Shown piece by piece: positions 57,663 through 64,000 of a DNA stretch of 64,000 nt. This DNA comes from Sporopachydermia quercuum. Lineage: Eukaryota. The stretch is from positions 558,001 through 622,000 of the forward strand of contig BCGN01000002.1 of NCBI GenBank assembly GCA_001599295.1, written 5' to 3'. The position numbers and the translations under genes are program-made. The notes beneath the pieces were generated by a model, which was not told the origin of the DNA, searched no databases, and saw only the letters and a program-made list of their open reading frames with translations. Numbering within the stretch: the stretch's first letter is position 1; the number at the start of each line of letters is the position of its first letter.

Positions 57663-59345
57663 CTATTCAAACTGAATCTCTGGTCGATTGGCCTCACTGA
57701 ATATGTTATTAGGATCAGCATCAACATCTACAACATCAACATGAGATTTCTCTGTGCCCTCCTCATGGGATTTTGATTCAATGTCAAGAGTATCCACACC
57801 ATCGTCATCAGTAGCAGAGGCAGCAGCGGCAGCAGCAACTATTGCAACTGCAGCAGTTGCAGTATCTGTTGCATTACCATAGTTTTCTCCAGTTAAAGCT
57901 AGCTGAGCTTTTTCCTCAACAGCTTTCAATGATTCTTCTTGAGCAAACAGATTAGCTTCAGTATCATCTTTTGAAATCTCGGGCTGAGTGTCCATAGGTA
58001 TAACTCCGGAAACACCCATAGGATCAATAATCAATTGTTGTCTACGAGAAACACTCAATACTCTATCGGGGAACAATTCTTTCAGCTTTTCTTCTTTAGA
58101 AACAGGAATCAAACCAGCGGCTTCAAACTCTCCAACTGGGTTAAAAGTATGGTATGATGTCAGTCTATGTTCAGCATATTTCGAGCACCAGTCTACTTCA
58201 GAAATCTCAGAAGTAGCAATGTCGATTTTACTGCTTGTTTTCTTTGGATTAATACCTCCTAAATGCTTAGCAATCTTATTTCGGATAGCTGGTATAATGT
58301 TTAGTTTCAAAGGATTCAATCGATTAGCATAACTATGTGTTGCTGGAAGAACAAATAAAATCAGCTGATTTGCTCGACAATAGTTAAGAAACTCTATTGT
58401 AGTGATAAAATCAAACCCTTCACATACTAACAGCTTGTTCTTAGTACCTTTGGATTCAAAAAGGCTTTTATTACTCTCCAAAAAGTCTATGAGATGTTTA
58501 CTAGTTACTGTCGTTTCATCATTGAAATGGACATCCAATTGGTTGTTGACACTTAGGTCTTCAGTTAATGTATCGTCAGATATTTGCTTATTGGCATTTA
58601 TGAAAATGCTTGGTTTAAGTGTCTCTCCGGCTCCACTTACACATTCAAACGCGTTTATATCAAGAAATGGTTCCCCAGAGACTGTTTCTTGCCCATCCTG
58701 TGTTCTTGAAGTAGTATATATATACTTCTGCATGTCCAATGCGAAGAATACTTCGTTGGTAATATATTCTGTATTCACGATTTTGCTTAGATATTCAAAC
58801 CAGTAATCGATTTTTTCCCTTGTTATGGAAACATTCTTAGCCATAGCACCAAAAGTTGTGTCAAGGACCAAATCGTTTTTATGCCTAGAGACAAAATGGT
58901 CAAACCAACTACCACCAATATGACAATATTTAACCGGTTCTGTAGCAGGAGTTTGTCCTTGAGAGACAAGGTTATCATAACGTGCCTTTAGTAGTTGTCG
59001 AGCTAATTTTTCAATAACCGCTTTACAAGGTAAAAGACCATTTGTAGATAATCCTTTGACATAATGCATCAATACTTCTTCTTCTTCTGGAGTAAGCTTT
59101 TGTTGAGTAGAATGAGAGTCTCTTCCATTCTTAGCTCCTTTGAACCTATTATGTAATGTTGCTCTTGGAACGCCATATTTCTGAGCAAGCTTTCTGAATG
59201 ACATTTCTCTATTAGAGCTAATGTATTCCTGTAGAGCAGCAGAGATTATAGCATCTTCACGATAATGATCTGGTTTCCATGATGTTGGTTTCTTTGATGG
59301 AGTTTTCTTTGTCTCCCGTTTCTTGACGGCGCCTGAAGTNTCCAT
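57663..59345 (-). CDS. pogo/Fot1 transposase-derived (CENP-B-like) DNA-binding protein with degenerate DDE domain
   Basis: HTH_psq-like SFRKLAQKYGVPRATLHNRFKG; Tc5-HTH KLTPEEEEVL...IGGSWFDHFVSRH; DDE-like segments ALDMQKY, ECVSGAGETLKPSIFI, KLLVCEG, LPATHS...LNPLK; acidic/Ala-rich tail. Confidence 0.8.
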   Translation of the reverse strand: MXTSGAVKKRETKKTPSKKPTSWKPDHYREDAIISAALQEYISSNREMSFRKLAQKYGVPRATLHNRFKGAKNGRDSHSTQQKLTPEEEEVLMHYVKGLSTNGLLPCKAVIEKLARQLLKARYDNLVSQGQTPATEPVKYCHIGGSWFDHFVSRHKNDLVLDTTFGAMAKNVSITREKIDYWFEYLSKIVNTEYITNEVFFALDMQKYIYTTSRTQDGQETVSGEPFLDINAFECVSGAGETLKPSIFINANKQISDDTLTEDLSVNNQLDVHFNDETTVTSKHLIDFLESNKSLFESKGTKNKLLVCEGFDFITTIEFLNYCRANQLILFVLPATHSYANRLNPLKLNIIPAIRNKIAKHLGGINPKKTSSKIDIATSEISEVDWCSKYAEHRLTSYHTFNPVGEFEAAGLIPVSKEEKLKELFPDRVLSVSRRQQLIIDPMGVSGVIPMDTQPEISKDDTEANLFAQEESLKAVEEKAQLALTGENYGNATDTATAAVAIVAAAAAASATDDDGVDTLDIESKSHEEGTEKSHVDVVDVDADPNNIFSEANRPEIQFE

Positions 59346-60025
59346 CTTTTGTAATTTACAGCTATGATTTGGTATCGACTTCTAACAATTTTTTCTTTAT
59401 CCTTATACAATTCAGTTTACCTTGCGCGTAGATGTTTTGGTTGTTTATGTTCGTAGTCTCCGTTGTTTTCTCTCTGGTCAACGTTCTGGGCGAGACTTTT
59501 TAACTGATCCCTTTAGAGTATCCAATCTTTCAATCAAACAAACAATCTAACTGATAAGTTTTTATAAACAGTTACAGATATTGAAACCAATACTAGTAAT
59601 CATCTTCAGCATATAGTATCATTATCACATAACATACAATAGGTTTCTTCATCCCATTACTGGTGTTTGTTTACACCTTTTGTTTTGTTTTGACAGTAAG
59701 AGCTTCATAGAACCTTTAGGGATCACCCGGACATGGGACGAGGAAAAGTTTGATGACGTCTTATGTGGGGTATGGTGAAGACTAGGATTCTGCATTTGAC
59801 TGAGGGGGTAATGCTAGAACCTAGAGACTTGGCCGACAACTGTGAGCTTTGGGGGAATCCGGGAGATTTGGAGGGCTGGAAATAAGGCATCATAAAACCT
59901 ATCTATTTCAGGTGTCAGAATCAATTATATAACCAGGATTAACATTTTTGAAACAATATTATATGTATATATGTATGTATGTTATTTTTCTATTAATAAT
60001 GAACCGTNTCCTCAAAATAAATACT

Positions 60026-62731
60026 TCAGACATCAATATTAATGTCCTGGTACTTCTCGTCGGTCTCTCGTTGGCGGGCAATGTAGCTCAAAGTACGTTC
60101 AAAATGTTTCTTGGGAGATTCGCTGACCCCAGATTCCGCATTGTTGCTTAGGTTTGTTTGAATTAACTCGATCAACCCATTGATATACTTGACTGTAATA
60201 GCCTCATTATCATGGAAGAAGTAATACAGACATCTGTTCAATATTTCAACAAACAGTTCGACAGTAACTGCAACGTCCATGCATGCATCAGCAACTCTTA
60301 ACGATCTTTGCAAACACTCCAAAACTCTCTTAGGATCTCTAAACAGTTCAGTATTCTCATCTTCATTCAGGGCTGAAATCTCAGTACACCACCANAGGTG
60401 ACTAGCAAGATAAACAGCTCGGCATTGGTCAGGTTTCTTTAACAACTTTGCACCATACAAAGCGCATTTTGTGATTAGAGTATCATAGTTTTCTCTGGAA
60501 AAGTTTCTAGTTTGCTGTAATGCTGAAGCGACTACACAAATTGCTTGGAACTGCGCACGCGAATCTGAAATCGACTCTTCGTAGACAGAAAATCCTTGAG
60601 CAAAGAATTCATAACTAACTTCTTCTGAACCAATCTGATCCGCTATCTGAGCACTGGTGATGTACAAACGTAGAGCAAGCTCTGATCTTCCGACACTATG
60701 AATATCTGAAATTACTTTCTGTAGGAACTTGAACACAGGACCTGTACGAGTTATAACGTCGAATGGCTTGCTCTTTGACTTTTTCTGCTTTTCTAACCCT
60801 TTGTATCGTCTTACTAGCTTCAAGGCTGATGTGACTAAAGCAGGATAAGTAAATTGAATCTTGTTGCCTCCTTCACTTAGAGCCTTCCTAGATGCAATCA
60901 ATAATCTTGCTTGAACAGTTGGATTAGGATTACGTAAAAGATGGACTATACGAACAACTTTTTCTTGTTCATTGATGAATTCTGGGGAATATGCTTCAGA
61001 ATCGGTTGAATCTGCAGCTCCAAATAAAGCAGAGTTTTGTTTCAATGCCTTTGATGTAACATTTGATTTATCACCGACGATTAAAATTCGTACTAAACCA
61101 AAGATTCCTTCTGCATTCTCAACTGTATCGATAATGTAATCATTTCTCAATAATGCGTCAATGACAGCCCAAGAAATTCCTCTTTGAGTTGCTGGAGACT
61201 GCAAAGTCAGCAAAGGAATGTAGTTGGGAATCGATAGAACAGTTAATAGTCGTGTGTAAGCTCTGATAGGAGCAATTAATAGAGCCTTTAGGTTTTCGGT
61301 TGTACCAGGACTGTAGAGATCCGTTGTTTCTTTCAGTTCTTCAACTTTCTTTAAAGTGAATCCCAGAATTTCATCGACATACTCCAACTTTTCAGGATAA
61401 CATGTTAAACAAAGTCTACATAAAGCTTCCAACAATGCAACGATTTCTTCAATCCCGGTTTCCGGTTTCGCATCTAATAATCTACCAAAGTACGACCAAA
61501 AAACCTCAAATAAATTGATATCAACAGGAACACCATGTGATAATTCAACTGGGCTTTCGCTGGTTTGATCTTTGTCATCTTTCCCTGTCTCTTTATCTTC
61601 AGTTGTTTCCTTGACAGTGTCATTTCCAGTTTTTGTTGTATCTATGGGTTCTGTTTCTGTTGCATCTGTTGGCGATTCTTCATCCTGTTTAACGCTTTCC
61701 TTTTCATCGTCATTTTCTCCAACTTTTTCATCTGTTTTTCCGTCATACTTTTCTTCAATATTCATTTGTTCAAATCCAGAAGTGTCTAAGTCTTCTCTGC
61801 TAGCAAAAGCAGTTAATCTATCTAACATAGTGATCACAATTCTGCGTATATTCACAGCAGGATTCAATTGCATAGTAGCATCGAGGAATTGTTGTAAAGT
61901 GTATAAATGAAACTCATCAGGAAACACCTGTGTGATAACATCAAGCAGGTATTCTTGGGCAATAACGTCTCTACACTGAACAACTTGCTCTAAGATAGTC
62001 GGTAGGATATTAGTTTTGTAGTATTCTTTATCAATACCTTCAAGCTGCGATAAACGAACCAAGTTAGAACCAACCAGGATCTGGAGTTCCTTTCTTTCTC
62101 TAGTTCTCTTTTCACGTTCTCTAGAATGTCCTTGATGTTGTAACCGAACCCATAGTTTATTCATTTCAACGAAATTAGTAATAACAAACTGGATGGAGTC
62201 TGATAGATTACCTTCTGATCCTTCACTGTTACCAATAGGCAATAAATCTCTTGTTCTTTGTGACAGATAGTATCTCAGAAACAAACCTCGAATAGGATGC
62301 TGTACACCTCTGCACATTTCCATCATATCTTTCATGATCTCTTTGACTGGAGCATCAGGTATTGACATATAGACGGTACCCACAGTGATCAAGAGATATA
62401 ACCTAGGGATAATGTTACCAGCATACTGAACCAATTCATACAAATCAGCCAAGTGGTTTGTTGGATGTGATTCTTTGAGATATGTTGCCAAATAGCCTAA
62501 AGCATCAAACACAGCAATGTATAATTCGTAGTATTGTTTAGGTGTTAAGTTAGAAGTTCTTAGTTCGGCTAAAAACGTTGATGCATGTTTCAAAGCATCC
62601 ATGGTTCTACCTTTGCCAGCATCTAAACATTTACGCATAGCTTGTTGCTGTTGCTTGATGACCATTAGAGAGTCTTCAAGCATTCTAGCTTGTTCCTCCG
62701 GTGTTGGCGGAGGAGGAGCAACTGAAGACAT
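60026..62731 (-). CDS. VPS35: Retromer cargo-recognition subunit Vps35
   Basis: [74 protein letters not shown]. Confidence 0.97.
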   Translation of the reverse strand: MSSVAPPPPTPEEQARMLEDSLMVIKQQQQAMRKCLDAGKGRTMDALKHASTFLAELRTSNLTPKQYYELYIAVFDALGYLATYLKESHPTNHLADLYELVQYAGNIIPRLYLLITVGTVYMSIPDAPVKEIMKDMMEMCRGVQHPIRGLFLRYYLSQRTRDLLPIGNSEGSEGNLSDSIQFVITNFVEMNKLWVRLQHQGHSREREKRTRERKELQILVGSNLVRLSQLEGIDKEYYKTNILPTILEQVVQCRDVIAQEYLLDVITQVFPDEFHLYTLQQFLDATMQLNPAVNIRRIVITMLDRLTAFASREDLDTSGFEQMNIEEKYDGKTDEKVGENDDEKESVKQDEESPTDATETEPIDTTKTGNDTVKETTEDKETGKDDKDQTSESPVELSHGVPVDINLFEVFWSYFGRLLDAKPETGIEEIVALLEALCRLCLTCYPEKLEYVDEILGFTLKKVEELKETTDLYSPGTTENLKALLIAPIRAYTRLLTVLSIPNYIPLLTLQSPATQRGISWAVIDALLRNDYIIDTVENAEGIFGLVRILIVGDKSNVTSKALKQNSALFGAADSTDSEAYSPEFINEQEKVVRIVHLLRNPNPTVQARLLIASRKALSEGGNKIQFTYPALVTSALKLVRRYKGLEKQKKSKSKPFDVITRTGPVFKFLQKVISDIHSVGRSELALRLYITSAQIADQIGSEEVSYEFFAQGFSVYEESISDSRAQFQAICVVASALQQTRNFSRENYDTLITKCALYGAKLLKKPDQCRAVYLASHXWWCTEISALNEDENTELFRDPKRVLECLQRSLRVADACMDVAVTVELFVEILNRCLYYFFHDNEAITVKYINGLIELIQTNLSNNAESGVSESPKKHFERTLSYIARQRETDEKYQDINIDV

Positions 62732-62947
62732 GAATGATGATAGTTTCTTGTTGAATGAAAACTCGCTAGTGTCAAAAGAGAGATAATAATCAAATAAATA
62801 TTGTAGATGAATTCCCAGTTAAATTTCTTTGATAATGAGGATTGTTTACGCCAGTTACTAGTTATGCACTCTGCCGTCACAATGCACACCACAGCACACA
62901 GTACGCTTATCGACCTCCGACCCAATGAAATACCTATCTGATGACCG

Positions 62948-63308
62948 ATCAATCAATCAATCAATTAATCAATAGAACAAATCTATCATAAGCCAATCAA
63001 ACTAGTTGAAACCTACCAACAAAAGTTCATTCTGATTATATATAGTTTATTCTTTTTTATCCTTACGAGAAGTTCTCCTTATCTGACGATGTATGGTACG
63101 TAAAGTATGCGGTAGAATATAATAAGGAGATATGGGGCCAGAATGGGTTACAATAGCAAAAACGGAGCGAATGGGGTTTGTGGTGGAAGTTCGGAGAAGA
63201 TGGAAAATATTAGGATTTTAGGATAACGGATATTATATAAATAGGTATATTTTCCGAAATTTCATTATCGGAGTCCTATTGTAGAGGATTGATTGATTGA
63301 TTGATTGA
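62948..63308. repeat. Inverted pair of (ATCA)n / (TGAT)n microsatellites in the VPS35 upstream region
   Basis: ATCAATCAATCAATCAAT at about 62948-62965 and ATTGATTGATTGATTGATTG at about 63288-63307. Confidence 0.6.
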
Positions 63309-64000
63309 ATAATATGAATAAAATATAGAAGGAAAATAAAAATGGGGAGTACAAAGAATCAGTATTGAGAGAAGAAATTAGTTTGTCGAAGATATCCGTA
63401 CTTTTGGAGCAACTATGAACTGTGCAGTTGTTGGTAGTGGCAGAGTGTTCATGACATGCCCATGTAGAGGCTGATGGCTATGCAGGTGCTATTGATAGTA
63501 TATAGTACGTATATGAGTAATTTGATCACAAATTTGTGACTGGTGGAGTTGAAGCAGCAATTTTCTGAAATCCAGAGAGTCAAATATCTAGCAGAAGATC
63601 GGCAGAGCATCAACAACTTGAAACTCTATTATAGTTAATTCCTACTCCATCATAGGAACCGTTTGCTGATCAATGTCAGTTCGAACTGCTGTTGGTTCAA
63701 GAAAAAAAGCTATTAATGTATTGAGCAGGAGTTCAGGGCATTGAAAGACTGTGTAGCAAGAACTATGTTCTGCATTGACAAAAAAGTATATCCAATGCCA
63801 TCTTCTTAAGTTCGTGTAGAAGTGCACCATATGTTTGGTAGGTAGTTGGGATTCAGCAATCAGCTATGGGATCCGTTGCTGGTAATATTTTTAATGATGA
63901 AAAGGCCATCAATTTTCTAATAAATATAATAATGATAATAGTAATAATCATCATTTGTTCATGTCTAAATGCTGCAATAGTATCCTTGATCGACGTAACA

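Noticed and set aside
57540..60020. Active DNA transposon around the pogo-like ORF
   Set aside because: No terminal inverted repeats visible and catalytic acidic residues are substituted.
1..64000. CRISPR arrays, rRNA, LTR retrotransposons, TPP riboswitch
   Set aside because: Eukaryotic gene-dense region; no repeat-spacer arrays, rRNA sequence, gag/pol ORFs, LTR pairs or TPP aptamer core seen.

Overview
Nuclear genomic DNA of an AT-rich, relatively intron-rich budding yeast (Saccharomycotina). CTG appears to encode Leu. Introns have GTATGT/GTAAGT/GTGAGT donors and (T/G)CTAAC branchpoints close to the acceptor. Scattered single 'n' bases keep reading frames intact. Gene order: PIK1 (3' end), TAM41, FAT1, CST26-like, an orphan 3-exon membrane protein, MRPL3, a 4-exon NUUM-like gene, tRNA-Asn, xanthine dehydrogenase, RPA135, SWE1, SYP1, a candidate Atg30/Atg36-type pexophagy receptor, a 4-exon MIN8/NDUFA4-like gene, RIM1, STE3, an intron-split ASG7-like gene, U1 snRNA, FBP26, SSY5, a catalytically degenerate pogo/CENP-B-like protein and VPS35. 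Most notable: (i) a tandem ASG7-STE3 receptor-inhibition pair, missed as a gene by the ORF track, with a good a2-Mcm1 site upstream of ASG7 and a weaker alpha1-Mcm1-like site upstream of STE3; (ii) an orphan ORF with Atg30-like AIM and Atg11-binding motifs in the ATG36 neighbourhood; (iii) a probably domesticated Fot1/pogo transposase; (iv) a compact, metazoan-like U1 snRNA. All homology calls rest on motif recognition from memory; no searches were run.
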